From IMG/VR virus record IMGVR_UViG_3300029915_000003: a stretch of 64,000 bases of DNA; one strand, written 5' to 3'. The notes under the pieces are model-generated. The model did no database searches, was not told the origin of the DNA, and saw nothing but the letters and a program-made list of their open reading frames with translations. Both the position numbers and the translations under genes were made by a program. The DNA comes from a virus. The first letter of the stretch is position 1; every line of letters starts with the position of its first letter. Shown here one piece after another: positions 21,425-31,127 of this stretch.

Positions 21425-21610
21425 TTAGTCTGCAAATGAGAGTTCTTCTTCTTCATCTTTTTTGGCAGGATCATCATGAGCTTCCAAACTCTCTTCCAGC
21501 CGAGTAATTACACTTTCAATAATATCTGGAATAAGTTCTTCATCTACTTTATTTTCAACCAAAACATCCTCCAAAGAGGATTCCAGCAACTTATAGGCGA
21601 GACGGTTCAT
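21425..21610 (-). CDS. small acidic hypothetical protein
   Basis: 61 aa, Glu/Asp-rich, AAGGA RBS. Confidence 0.55.
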   Translation of the reverse strand: MNRLAYKLLESSLEDVLVENKVDEELIPDIIESVITRLEESLEAHDDPAKKDEEEELSFAD

Positions 21611-21618
21611 GTTTTTCC

Positions 21619-22248
21619 TTAAAATGTTATACTTGCTTGAATTCCTACGTTTTTTTGCTTATCCGCATAAATTCCCAACCAAATGGGACCTACAATGCGT
21701 CTATCTAATTGCAACCCAAAGTTTATATTGTCTTTAGTTGGAGTCTGAGTTACGTTCAGGCCAGCATAGATCCCCAACCGCCAGTTTAATGGATCATTTG
21801 TTACGGTAACAGTGTTGATTTTGGTATCTTTATCTATGGTTTTTGTATCTGTAGCTACTTTAGTTTCGGTGGTAGGAATGGATGCTGTTTGATTTTTGTT
21901 ACTGTAGTCTGTTTGGTTGTTCCAGTCAATGGTTTTCTTTATGGTTACGTTACCTTGAGGATCCTTATGCTCTTCCACGACTACATGACCGGACCTATGA
22001 ACCTCTTGGGCTTTCTCTTCATTCTTTATGGTAGGAGTGGTCGTGACCTGGGTTGTAACGGTTTGACCTACAGTCTTATCGTCATTTTTAATGATTTGTT
22101 GCTGTACGGTCTTTAATGGCTTAGACATCTTACCAGTACCAAAACCTATTAAAAACATAACTATAAGAGCTACGGTAATTCCACCAAGCTTCTTCCAATT
22201 AGTCTTTAAATAAGCTAAAATGTCTGTCAATATAGTAACTTCACTCAT
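21619..22248 (-). CDS. membrane-anchored protein with C-terminal amphipathic beta strands (possibly lysis/spanin-like)
   Basis: N-terminal TM helix, Thr/Lys-rich linker, C-terminal beta strands ending in Phe (VGIQASITF). Confidence 0.5.
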   Translation of the reverse strand: MSEVTILTDILAYLKTNWKKLGGITVALIVMFLIGFGTGKMSKPLKTVQQQIIKNDDKTVGQTVTTQVTTTPTIKNEEKAQEVHRSGHVVVEEHKDPQGNVTIKKTIDWNNQTDYSNKNQTASIPTTETKVATDTKTIDKDTKINTVTVTNDPLNWRLGIYAGLNVTQTPTKDNINFGLQLDRRIVGPIWLGIYADKQKNVGIQASITF

Positions 22249-22892
22249 TAATTCTTCTTCTTTTTGGTATAAGGTACAATTTCATCAACCAAACCAAGGT
22301 CTATAGCCTGTTGAGCATCGTAATAGGTATCTTTCTTGCAAGCCTTAACTACGTCCGAATGACTCATTTTACCCTTAGACGAATTAGCTAAAACATTGTA
22401 ATACCGTTCGTTGTTTTCTTTTAGATCTTCTGCGTGTTCAAGCATTTCGTGAGCTTGAAATTGGTTCTCGCCAGAAATAAATAGTTTCCCCTGGTGAATC
22501 ATGATCCTACTTTCCGGCATCATCCTGCGGGTGTCTGCGGCTTGAAGGATAAGGGCTCCAATGCTACTTGCGGCTCCAGCCACGTCCATAGTAACGTGGT
22601 TTCGGGCCGTTCTAATGGCATCGTAGATAGCCATCCCTATCTCCATGGAGCCGCCATTGGAGTGAAAGGTTATATAGATAGGAGCTTCAAAAGTATCCAT
22701 AACTGAAAATGCAGTTATAAATGCCTTAAATAGTTCTTCATCTACATCCCCAACCAGAAACAGTCTACGCTCCCTAAGGCTGACACCCATGCTGACGGCT
22801 ATTTGTAACTCACCAGCTACAGTACTAATTTCTACTAACTCACCAGGATCTGTCCTGGTTGTGGTTTTCGTCTTTTTGGGGGCTTTAGGCAT
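22248..22892 (-). CDS. clpP: ClpP-family serine protease
   Basis: RERRLFL, SNGGS..GMAIYD, AASS (Ser), RIMIHQ (His), DTYY (Asp), GLVDEI. Confidence 0.9.
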   Translation of the reverse strand: MPKAPKKTKTTTRTDPGELVEISTVAGELQIAVSMGVSLRERRLFLVGDVDEELFKAFITAFSVMDTFEAPIYITFHSNGGSMEIGMAIYDAIRTARNHVTMDVAGAASSIGALILQAADTRRMMPESRIMIHQGKLFISGENQFQAHEMLEHAEDLKENNERYYNVLANSSKGKMSHSDVVKACKKDTYYDAQQAIDLGLVDEIVPYTKKKKN

Positions 22893-24386
22893 TTATTGAC
22901 CATTTCCTTGATTTTGATAGGCTGCTAAGAACTCATCCGTTACAAACTTATTGGGGTACTGTAGCATTAAGTACTGGGCCATGTCAATGTCTGAGGATGT
23001 ACCCCTATATGCTACCCCTCCGAGTTCATTACTATGGGTAGTAGTAGTACCGAAATTACTATTACAGGTAACAGCTATACCGGTTTCGCTGCCACGGGAT
23101 TTATCCACATAATACGTAATCAAGTTCTTGGCTTGAGATTCAGGGTTACGATTGACAGTTATGATGTTAGAGGCTGTTTGCATAGGTCCGTAAGCTTCGG
23201 CTGCATCTTCTTGCGTTAGGAACCTTGAGTCGTCAGCCTTGTTCACCTTAGCCCCCTCACGGTTGGATTGGTAGGCAACAATGCTATGCCAATTAAATTC
23301 CAAAGCGTAATTAACGTAATAATCATAGACAATATCCAAGCTAAAACGCTTTTCTAGCTTGCCCCCAGCATTTTGCTTGGTCCGTAGTTTGGCCGGGTAG
23401 TCACAAACAAACAGGTCGTATCCTTTGCCAAACTTAGCGACACGCTCATCCTGCTTGGTTCGGATGATAGGTTCAACGTCTTCAATACTCATTCCGGCTT
23501 TAGCGTAATGAATAAATGTTAGATTGCGCTTTAGTTGAGCCAAAGCTGTATCTAGACGCTTCTTTCCTTCTGGATCGGTTAGCATCTTAAATAGTTCGGC
23601 TCGTTTAACCCCAAGCATGCATTGCCAGATTTTGAAGTTAATATCTGCTGGACGGCCCTCATGAACCATGAATAATACTGATTTATTGCGCTTTACGTTG
23701 GCACAGATGGTAGTTATTAGGGTTGAAGTTTTGCCAGTATTACTTGGAGCAAGTACGATAGTCTGGTCGCCAGGGAGGAGTCCTCCCCCCTGATTGTCTG
23801 GCAGTAAAACCTTATCCATAACTCCAATACCAAATGTTAAAGCCTTGTCCCGATCTACTAGTTCTTGTTGGAAATCAGTAAGATAGTTCTCGAATTGAAA
23901 TTCCTTGTCTTCTACGAAGCGGGTGGTTTTAATGTCTTCTATCTTTTTACCAAAAAAATGATAACACTCCTGAAATCGTTGTTGTAGGAACAACGTCTTA
24001 GCTTCTTGGGCTGTACCTTGAAACATTACAGCCTGTAGCCATCCTTGTAGTTCGGTAGCAATTACATCCTTACCATAGTTTTTGGACTCCAAAAGGGAAA
24101 GCTTAACCTTTTGTTGCATTTTGCTACGAACCAAAGGTTCTTCCGTAACGAAGTCTCCCCACTCCGTAAGTTCTTCTACGGTTGGAATGCGCTTAAATTC
24201 ATCATAAAACTTTATCTTGGTGGTCCAAACCTTGCTAGAAATGGCATCTAAAAACCAATTAGCTTGGATTTTATAACGGGAAAGAGTAAAAAACTGAGGA
24301 TCTGTAAGTAAGTGACCCAAAACGGCATCTTGTTTTTTAGCACTAAAGGGGAGTTGAATTGCGTCTAGATCGTTTTCGACAGACAT
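22893..24386 (-). CDS. replicative DNA helicase (DnaB/gp41-like)
   Basis: Walker A APSNTGKTS, Walker B FVCDY, QSNR and KSR motifs. Confidence 0.85.
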   Translation of the reverse strand: MSVENDLDAIQLPFSAKKQDAVLGHLLTDPQFFTLSRYKIQANWFLDAISSKVWTTKIKFYDEFKRIPTVEELTEWGDFVTEEPLVRSKMQQKVKLSLLESKNYGKDVIATELQGWLQAVMFQGTAQEAKTLFLQQRFQECYHFFGKKIEDIKTTRFVEDKEFQFENYLTDFQQELVDRDKALTFGIGVMDKVLLPDNQGGGLLPGDQTIVLAPSNTGKTSTLITTICANVKRNKSVLFMVHEGRPADINFKIWQCMLGVKRAELFKMLTDPEGKKRLDTALAQLKRNLTFIHYAKAGMSIEDVEPIIRTKQDERVAKFGKGYDLFVCDYPAKLRTKQNAGGKLEKRFSLDIVYDYYVNYALEFNWHSIVAYQSNREGAKVNKADDSRFLTQEDAAEAYGPMQTASNIITVNRNPESQAKNLITYYVDKSRGSETGIAVTCNSNFGTTTTHSNELGGVAYRGTSSDIDMAQYLMLQYPNKFVTDEFLAAYQNQGNGQ

Positions 24387-24410
24387 TTAGATGGTATTCC
24401 TTGTTAGAAG

Positions 24411-24728
24411 TTAGGGTAATTGAGACTTCTTAAATTTATATCCGTACTGCTTTTTCTTTATTATGTCGGGCGAGCACTCTGATACCATATAGGCTTTCGC
24501 TGCATTTAATTGTCTCAAAAGTTCGTCAATCCAAGTACTAGACGCACACATCTGATTAAACCAAACACCATCATCCTCCATTAATATATTAATCATAACG
24601 TGTGGGTCTTTATCGCCATTGCGAGGGGATAATCCAACCCCAAGACACTTTCCTTTGAATTCTTCGGTGTAATCCATCTCATTGTCTCCATCATACCCAA
24701 AATCTGTCATGTCGTCTGTATCTGCCAT
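24411..24728 (-). CDS. hypothetical protein
   Basis: 105-aa ORF with strong AAGGAG RBS. Confidence 0.6.
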   Translation of the reverse strand: MADTDDMTDFGYDGDNEMDYTEEFKGKCLGVGLSPRNGDKDPHVMINILMEDDGVWFNQMCASSTWIDELLRQLNAAKAYMVSECSPDIIKKKQYGYKFKKSQLP

Positions 24729-24736
24729 AACTCTCC

Positions 24737-26812
24737 TTAGAAGTTAAAAGCTTGATCAAAAATCAGTTTGGCTTTATTTATTCGTTTTGCCACACTATAC
24801 TGCTCAAGTACTTCTTCAAATGTCATTTCGCCTAGGTCTTTGTGGCCCTTAGAGGGTTCCATCAAATACAAATCAAACTCATCTTCGTATTTTTGAACCA
24901 ATTTAATAGTCTCATCTAAAGCGTCTGGGTCTAATCCAAGGTATATTTTCTTAATGCCGAGATGGCGTAACAGTTGTATTTGGTGTTTAGTGACGATTTT
25001 GCCCATAGAGGCTACGTTCCCGCCAATCATATCACAGTTGTGTACAACTGTAAAGTCTTTAAGAAGAAACAAATGATCTCCGTCTGTTTCAATACCATAA
25101 AAAACCCCATCTTCAACTGAATTTATTTTGAACTGGCTTTTTGTTGGAATATGTTTTGGGGTGTAGGAAGTAGGAACTTTTTTTCTAGGGACGCGCAAGG
25201 GAATTTCAGACAAATCACCACCAATCGTAACACTATAATATAAACTTGGTCTGCCGGGAGTTTTGCTCGTAGAACGCACATAAGGCGTCAGACATGTTTT
25301 AAACCCCAAGGATCTGGATAGCCACACAAAAGAATCTACGATAACTTTGGATTTTTGAGTAAACCTTATATGATTTTTGTTAGTAGTACCGTCCGTATCA
25401 ATCAAACCCGCTAAAAGTTCTAGTCTTTGTTGTCTAGATCCATGTAAATAAATGTCTGGAATGTGTTTATTATTTAATACTCCCAATTCATTTAATTTTA
25501 ATTTAGAATTAGTCATTATTGTTCGAGCTTTACCCTTACACCCATTTCTCTTTCTTAGTACCTTTCCTGACAAAAATTCCAAAGCGATAGTAAATGGTTT
25601 AGCTGCATATTTTGAAGCTTTGTTTCCCGTCCTATCTAAAATTTCTACAAAATCATCATTTTTATTGACCCAATTACACCACTCTTGGGCTATCTCACTA
25701 TCCATACTAGTCAAAAGAGCTTGATCAGAATCTCCGTCACCCAGCCAAATACCAAGAATATACGGTGGAATGGACAACGATTTTTCTGGAAATTCTAAAA
25801 TAGCTCGATATAAAGAAAAGTGTTGTTGAGTGTTATGCTTGTATTTTAAATAATTATTGACCGAAATTTCTATTTTATTATATATAGGTTTTTTATCGTG
25901 TCTCTTTTCCAATGACAAAATATGTTCTCCATTACAAACCCACGAGTCCCCACCGCCAGATGGAGTGATCTTATATAGCGGACCAAATCCATCATTAACA
26001 GAAAGAACGTTACGGGCGTTGCCGTCTGGACCCATTAGTTGGTCACCCACTACAATATTTTGAACGGCTTTTGAAGAGCCATCCGACATCATAACCATTG
26101 TATCGATACCAAAACATTTCATAGAATCCAGAGGCCCCTCGCTTATAACAGCTTTGTCGCCGGGAGTCAAGCGGTCATAAAACATCACCAATTTATCCCT
26201 AGGAGTTCCATTTTCTGTAAGGATCTTGGGGATCCTTCTTACTTGACCATCCTTAAAGTAGGTGGTTTCACCCGTAAAGCGACCTTGCCAGCCGTAAAGG
26301 GTACCACCGGCTTTGACCGGGAAGACCACCCGTCTCGACGTAATGTCATAGTGCAGGTCGTATTTAACGGCAACTTCCAGGGGGATTCCACGGGATTCCA
26401 AATAGCGGAGCCCTCGGGAGGACAACTTGTGCGAGATAGGGTAATAACCATACGGATATACTTTCGGTTCTAATACTAAAGGTTCTTCTGGTTCTGGTTC
26501 TTGCTGAAAATCTAAAAAATTAAATACAAATGTCTCTTCAAAATTACTTAAGGTTATTTCCCCATACAGCTTGGATTTCATTTCACTTAAGGGAATACCA
26601 GTCAACACAGATAGAGCGTATTCTGCTTTGCCCTTGAAATTATTAGTTTCAGCGCAACTAAAGCATATAAACGCTCCATCTTTCTTACGTATATAGAGTT
26701 TGTCAGGCTTGTCGCATAACGGACATCTAAATACGTAAGAATTTGTTGTTGTTCGAAAATTAAGACCCAGGTCGTCTATGACCTTAAATAATTGTTTGGG
26801 TTCTATAGACAT
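24737..26812 (-). CDS. DNA primase (zinc finger + TOPRIM) containing an intein
   Basis: CPLC..CFSC zinc finger, YLESRGI, SEGPLD and LDPD TOPRIM motifs; 331-aa extein after intein removal. Confidence 0.9.
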   Translation of the reverse strand: MSIEPKQLFKVIDDLGLNFRTTTNSYVFRCPLCDKPDKLYIRKKDGAFICFSCAETNNFKGKAEYALSVLTGIPLSEMKSKLYGEITLSNFEETFVFNFLDFQQEPEPEEPLVLEPKVYPYGYYPISHKLSSRGLRYLESRGIPLEVAVKYDLHYDITSRRVVFPVKAGGTLYGWQGRFTGETTYFKDGQVRRIPKILTENGTPRDKLVMFYDRLTPGDKAVISEGPLDSMKCFGIDTMVMMSDGSSKAVQNIVVGDQLMGPDGNARNVLSVNDGFGPLYKITPSGGGDSWVCNGEHILSLEKRHDKKPIYNKIEISVNNYLKYKHNTQQHFSLYRAILEFPEKSLSIPPYILGIWLGDGDSDQALLTSMDSEIAQEWCNWVNKNDDFVEILDRTGNKASKYAAKPFTIALEFLSGKVLRKRNGCKGKARTIMTNSKLKLNELGVLNNKHIPDIYLHGSRQQRLELLAGLIDTDGTTNKNHIRFTQKSKVIVDSFVWLSRSLGFKTCLTPYVRSTSKTPGRPSLYYSVTIGGDLSEIPLRVPRKKVPTSYTPKHIPTKSQFKINSVEDGVFYGIETDGDHLFLLKDFTVVHNCDMIGGNVASMGKIVTKHQIQLLRHLGIKKIYLGLDPDALDETIKLVQKYEDEFDLYLMEPSKGHKDLGEMTFEEVLEQYSVAKRINKAKLIFDQAFNF
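25037..26116 (-). mobile_element. intein (360 aa) with LAGLIDADG homing endonuclease, in primase
   Basis: K|CFGIDT start, CNGEHIL block B, LGIWLGDG and LLAGLIDTDG, ends VVHN|C. Confidence 0.93.
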
Positions 26813-26821
26813 GGGCTCATC

Positions 26822-27907
26822 TTACTTCGATACGATGCCCAAGTCCAGTTCTTTGATTTTCTTTAAAACATCATTATAAAGGACATTATCGTCACGCAAA
26901 CCTAGTAAAAAGGCTTCCTTACTAGTAAAAGTCTTACCTCCAAATTCATAGGTGCGATTATTTGGGCGATGAATGATATTTTGGTTTACAGATAGGGTGA
27001 AAAGCTCTTCGTGTTGATTAATAATACCCTTCTTGTAATCAAAAAGGAATTCACCGGTACGACCTACGCAAGAACCGTCAGCTGAACTTCCCTTCATAGT
27101 AACTTTGATTTTATGACCAGTTAAAATGGGCTTTTCATTAAAGTCCAAACGAGTATCATCTTCAAACTTATTCCCTAATTCATCAACCTTACCGTCTGCA
27201 TTCATAAGTCTCTGAACATGCATAAAGTACTCAGCATAGTGTTGGACGCCCCAGCTAGCAGACATCTTGGTTGTGTTTCCACGCATACGTTCAACTTGGT
27301 CCAGTTCGGCCCTAACGTGGGCTGTGGCAATAACAGCAAACTTGTATTTACGTTGAACAGGAAGTATGCGCTTGAAGCCTTCTTGTAGGGTCTGGGCTAC
27401 ATCACCAATGGTCATATCCATAATAGACTCATTATTTAAACCTCTGCGTCCTTGAATTTGAGTGATAGAGTCTATAATAATAAGTTTAATCGGCGCGCCC
27501 TCTTCGCATTGTTCAGCTATATTATGCTCAATAGTATCAAATATAGAAGGAGAATTGGTTTGGATAGTGCGAATACGGTCCGGATCTATTCCAAACAGCT
27601 TATTGGCTTGTTCTGTATCATCCTGGCCTCCCTGTAGACCTTCTCTGAACTCAGTGTCGAACTTAATAACCAAAGCTTCCGGATCGTATTTATGAAGGTG
27701 ACCTGCAAAGTAATTACTTAAAACACTTTTTCCACACTTTGGAGGACCATACATAATAAGGCTATAAGCAAGAGGTAAGCCGTGAGACTTCCCAAAAGTA
27801 TAATTTACACTAGGTGAAGGAGTTTCGATTGTATGAGCAAATGGGTTATAGTTCTTTTGCATTACACCGTCCCATTTGTCTATTTTTGCCATCCATTTAT
27901 TAGCCAT
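26822..27907 (-). CDS. RecA/UvsX-like recombinase
   Basis: YGPPKCGKS Walker A, DTE, IIIDSI Walker B. Confidence 0.88.
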   Translation of the reverse strand: MANKWMAKIDKWDGVMQKNYNPFAHTIETPSPSVNYTFGKSHGLPLAYSLIMYGPPKCGKSVLSNYFAGHLHKYDPEALVIKFDTEFREGLQGGQDDTEQANKLFGIDPDRIRTIQTNSPSIFDTIEHNIAEQCEEGAPIKLIIIDSITQIQGRRGLNNESIMDMTIGDVAQTLQEGFKRILPVQRKYKFAVIATAHVRAELDQVERMRGNTTKMSASWGVQHYAEYFMHVQRLMNADGKVDELGNKFEDDTRLDFNEKPILTGHKIKVTMKGSSADGSCVGRTGEFLFDYKKGIINQHEELFTLSVNQNIIHRPNNRTYEFGGKTFTSKEAFLLGLRDDNVLYNDVLKKIKELDLGIVSK

Positions 27908-28474
27908 TTATTTAATATCTCCAAAATACGTATCTACTCTTGCTTTACTATTAAAACCAAGCCGACGATTAGCCTCATCGGCACCATTTAATTCAGATTG
28001 ACGATTATTTAGGTTAGGATTATGCTCACCAATCTGCTTCTTGGCTCCAGTATAGCCCATCTCTAAAGACTTTAAATGATGCTTTAGGAGTTCTTGAAGA
28101 GCCGCCAATTGCTCTACTACGTCCTTAATTTGAACGTAGTCAGAATCAGTCTCCATCATTGCGTCTATATTACTTTTAGTGTCTTTGAGGTGCTTTTCCT
28201 TTAGTTTAGTAGGTATTTCATCCAAAACAAGGATACTCTTACGCTTGTTAAGAGCAGCAACAGCATTGATTTCTTCCAAGCGAACAACATTTAAATATTT
28301 TCCTAATACCAAATAAGCCTTATTAAAAGTACTCATTAGCTCGGGTGCTTTCATTGGGCTTAGGCTTCCAACCTCAGATATGCGACCCAAAACTTCGTAT
28401 ACATGGGTTAGATCAACCTCTAGACCATCTGTTCTTCCAGGTAGGGTTGGGATTTTTACTATTAAGTTTGACAT
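27908..28474 (-). CDS. putative recombination mediator (UvsY-like)
   Basis: Helical 188 aa; KSNIDAMMETDSDYVQIK resembles UvsY; adjacent to the recombinase and SSB. Confidence 0.45.
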   Translation of the reverse strand: MSNLIVKIPTLPGRTDGLEVDLTHVYEVLGRISEVGSLSPMKAPELMSTFNKAYLVLGKYLNVVRLEEINAVAALNKRKSILVLDEIPTKLKEKHLKDTKSNIDAMMETDSDYVQIKDVVEQLAALQELLKHHLKSLEMGYTGAKKQIGEHNPNLNNRQSELNGADEANRRLGFNSKARVDTYFGDIK

Positions 28475-28492
28475 AATTTAGATTTATAAAAG

Positions 28493-28643
28493 CTCCCTCT
28501 TGTGAAAAATAGCGTTCAGTCCTAACCCATGGTGGAATTCGTTTACTACTTATCCACATCTCCGGGCCATCCTCCAGGGATACCCGGTATTTTGATTAAA
28601 ATAGGAGTCGGTTCCAGCCCGGTTATTTTCCAACAAGAGAGAG
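28493..28643 (-). ncRNA. candidate structured non-coding RNA (~150 nt)
   Basis: 5' and 3' ends pair over ~20 bp; three internal hairpins; G-U pairs favour the minus strand; TGnTACTAT just upstream. Confidence 0.6.
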
Positions 28644-28696
28644 AAGTATAGTAACATCTATAATACTGCGTTATATTACCTCACCACAACTACATT

Positions 28697-29773
28697 TTAC
28701 TGACTTAGGTGATCCATTAGTTCTTGTTCGGTAGGGGTAGCTACCGTGACTGATTTGTGTTTAGTGGCTGCCCGTAGGTAGTCCAACCCGCTGTCCTCCG
28801 AAGCAACAGGAGCTACGGTACGCTTTACCTCGACAACCCCAGGAGCGGTCGGTTTGGCCTGATTGACTTCGCCTGGAGCTAGCTCTATGACATTATGCAG
28901 GGTAGTTTGGGCTGCATCCATGATTGTATCTACTAGTTCTAGGTTCCCCTCACCATTATCAACCAATTGTTGAATTTGAACTTCCGTTAATACCGGTGTA
29001 GCGTGGGCATGATTTAGATCCATGCAGAAACGGCTGATCTTCTCAACATCGTCTTGGACCAGAGGAGCCTTTACGCGCTTCTGGAGAGCCTCTCCGTCAA
29101 CATTGACTTCAACGCTGTAAGGTTTGGCTGAATATACAGTCTTACCAGAAGAATCAACTCCCCGACTAAACTCAAAGAAGCAACCTTCCTTGGGGCTAAT
29201 GGTCTTCTCTTCGCCCATCTTATCGATGCAATCCTTTACATCGTTATAGGCCCCAGCCCCAATGCACATATTTCCAAAGGTTCCGTCTAGGTACTTAACA
29301 GCGATATAGTACTTGCGATCACAGTTGAAGTTGCGAATCCAAGCTGATAGGTTAACCCAACGGGCATCGGCCTTCTTGGCGACTTTGATTTGTTCCTTGC
29401 TGGGATTTGCCCCTAGGCTGTTCTCAATGTCACTCTCTAGCTTCTTGAGGGTGTTGGATTGTTCCTCAAACGAGGTGCATTGAGGGCAGTTTTGGGTAAC
29501 CATCTTGGTCTTCCAGTCTCTTTCTTCAATGCAAAGAAACGGAGCGATCCAGGGAGAACCATTTACGTCCTTTTTGTTGGTACGCTTGAAGCCCCAATGG
29601 ACGCCATGGCGCTTGGCCCAGCGACCAATACTCCTATTGCTCTTAAAGGGTGGAACGACCCTGGCAACTACCGTTTCGCCTTCTTTTAGCTTACGGGCAC
29701 TAAGATAAGTGCGCTTTGAAAGGGTTTCATTTTTACCAGCTACTCCAAATACATCATCGAAATTATTGTCCAT
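28697..29773 (-). CDS. single-stranded DNA-binding protein (gp32-like)
   Basis: RVVPP, HGVHW, FLC..NCPQC zinc ligands, PKEGCFFEF; likely start MDNNFDD at 29773 (GAGG upstream). Confidence 0.7.
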   Translation of the reverse strand: MDNNFDDVFGVAGKNETLSKRTYLSARKLKEGETVVARVVPPFKSNRSIGRWAKRHGVHWGFKRTNKKDVNGSPWIAPFLCIEERDWKTKMVTQNCPQCTSFEEQSNTLKKLESDIENSLGANPSKEQIKVAKKADARWVNLSAWIRNFNCDRKYYIAVKYLDGTFGNMCIGAGAYNDVKDCIDKMGEEKTISPKEGCFFEFSRGVDSSGKTVYSAKPYSVEVNVDGEALQKRVKAPLVQDDVEKISRFCMDLNHAHATPVLTEVQIQQLVDNGEGNLELVDTIMDAAQTTLHNVIELAPGEVNQAKPTAPGVVEVKRTVAPVASEDSGLDYLRAATKHKSVTVATPTEQELMDHLSQ

Positions 29774-30488
29774 TTTTGTTTTTCCTCTTTGACTTGTTGC
29801 TGCTTTTTGGGGACGACATGTCCACTTGGTTTTCAGTGCTAGGTTCAATATTAGGACTCTGTTCGGTCCCAATTGACTTCGTGTAAGTACCCGAAAACAT
29901 ACGGGAAATTGTACTTACTTTATTTGGTTTTACATTTTTAATAACAACATTTGGAAGTGTTTCCTTGGTATCCTTGCGTTCGAATAGCTTATCCAAAATA
30001 GACTTACTTAGGTATCGGTCAGCAAAGTAATCTATATGGGCTTTTTCAAATAGCTCTTTAAGGTGTACTGGTAGTCCTTGAGCGTCTGTTGCAACCGCAA
30101 ATAAACGACTATAATCAATAGCATCGAACTCCATTATACCTAACTCTAGCGCGTTTTCAAGCATAAAATTACGCATGTGAGCTATATTGTTTACATCAAA
30201 ACGTCCCTTAACGAAGTTAGGAATAGACTTACCCATATCGACGTAAAACTGATTTGCATCAAACACCAGCGTATCTACCGAAGGCTCTACATCATCGGCA
30301 AATACAGGCGTAACCGCCTTAGCAATGAGACCACCGTATGAAGAACGTAAGTTCTTTAGCTCTTCCACAGATTGGTTCTTACGCATGGTCCAAGCCGCAC
30401 GAACGTTCAAGGGAACCTCATCCACATTCATAGTGCTGGCCTTGACAGCCAATTTGGCCTTGTCTACGATAATATCTATTTTATCCAT
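29763..30488 (-). CDS. hypothetical protein
   Basis: 241-aa ORF in operon. Confidence 0.6.
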   Translation of the reverse strand: MDKIDIIVDKAKLAVKASTMNVDEVPLNVRAAWTMRKNQSVEELKNLRSSYGGLIAKAVTPVFADDVEPSVDTLVFDANQFYVDMGKSIPNFVKGRFDVNNIAHMRNFMLENALELGIMEFDAIDYSRLFAVATDAQGLPVHLKELFEKAHIDYFADRYLSKSILDKLFERKDTKETLPNVVIKNVKPNKVSTISRMFSGTYTKSIGTEQSPNIEPSTENQVDMSSPKSSNKSKRKNKNGQ

Positions 30489-30511
30489 TATTAGATTTTC
30501 CTTTAAACTAT

Positions 30512-30721
30512 TTACGTAACCACTTGAAATAACTTAGCGAATGCAGTTTGGTCCAATACTTGAACAATACCAGTTTCATGGTCCCTGACAACCCAGTCGC
30601 CAGGATTGGCGTTAAGTGCAAAACCAAAGGGGGTTTCGACTTGAATATAATCATCAACTTGATACGCTATTGCCGGTGTAGGTTGATGTACCACCTGTAA
30701 ATATACGATTTCTTTAGCCAT
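30512..30721 (-). CDS. small protein, PGDYG-like
   Basis: ANPGDWVVRD...FAKLF pattern. Confidence 0.5.
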   Translation of the reverse strand: MAKEIVYLQVVHQPTPAIAYQVDDYIQVETPFGFALNANPGDWVVRDHETGIVQVLDQTAFAKLFQVVT

Positions 30722-31127
30722 TTTTATTCTTCCTTTTTACCTTCAGCACGTCCGCTAGATTAAGAAGAGGAAACACAAGACGATCTGCTTGATTTTCGTC
30801 GTAATAAGCATGATCATTCGCCTCCATTACAAGGTCGGCAGCGGTTTCAAATGAAGTCGGATTGCGACTCCAAGGCATTTGTTCGTCATGAAGGTAGTTA
30901 GCTTCCCACTTGACGTGACCAAGAGCGCAGCTTGGGCCAATGATCTTATCTTTTGAATCAACATTCAATAAATCATTAAATGAATAAAATGTATTATTTG
31001 AAACAATAGGTTCCTTTTTGAATTCCTGTCCAATGTCAAAATGCTTTACTTCCCCACTTGCACATTTTAACGCTAGATTGCGCGCTGCTCGTGCCATTCG
31101 TGTACGGATCTTATCTTGTGTAGCCAT
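30714..31127 (-). CDS. hypothetical protein
   Basis: 137 aa; preceded by a duplicated dnaE 3' end and a promoter. Confidence 0.6.
   Translation of the reverse strand: MATQDKIRTRMARAARNLALKCASGEVKHFDIGQEFKKEPIVSNNTFYSFNDLLNVDSKDKIIGPSCALGHVKWEANYLHDEQMPWSRNPTSFETAADLVMEANDHAYYDENQADRLVFPLLNLADVLKVKRKNKNG

Noticed and set aside
22248-22892. ClpP as the prohead maturation protease
   Set aside because: It is in the replication-strand operon far from the portal and resembles cellular ClpP; a head role is not excluded but is unsupported here.
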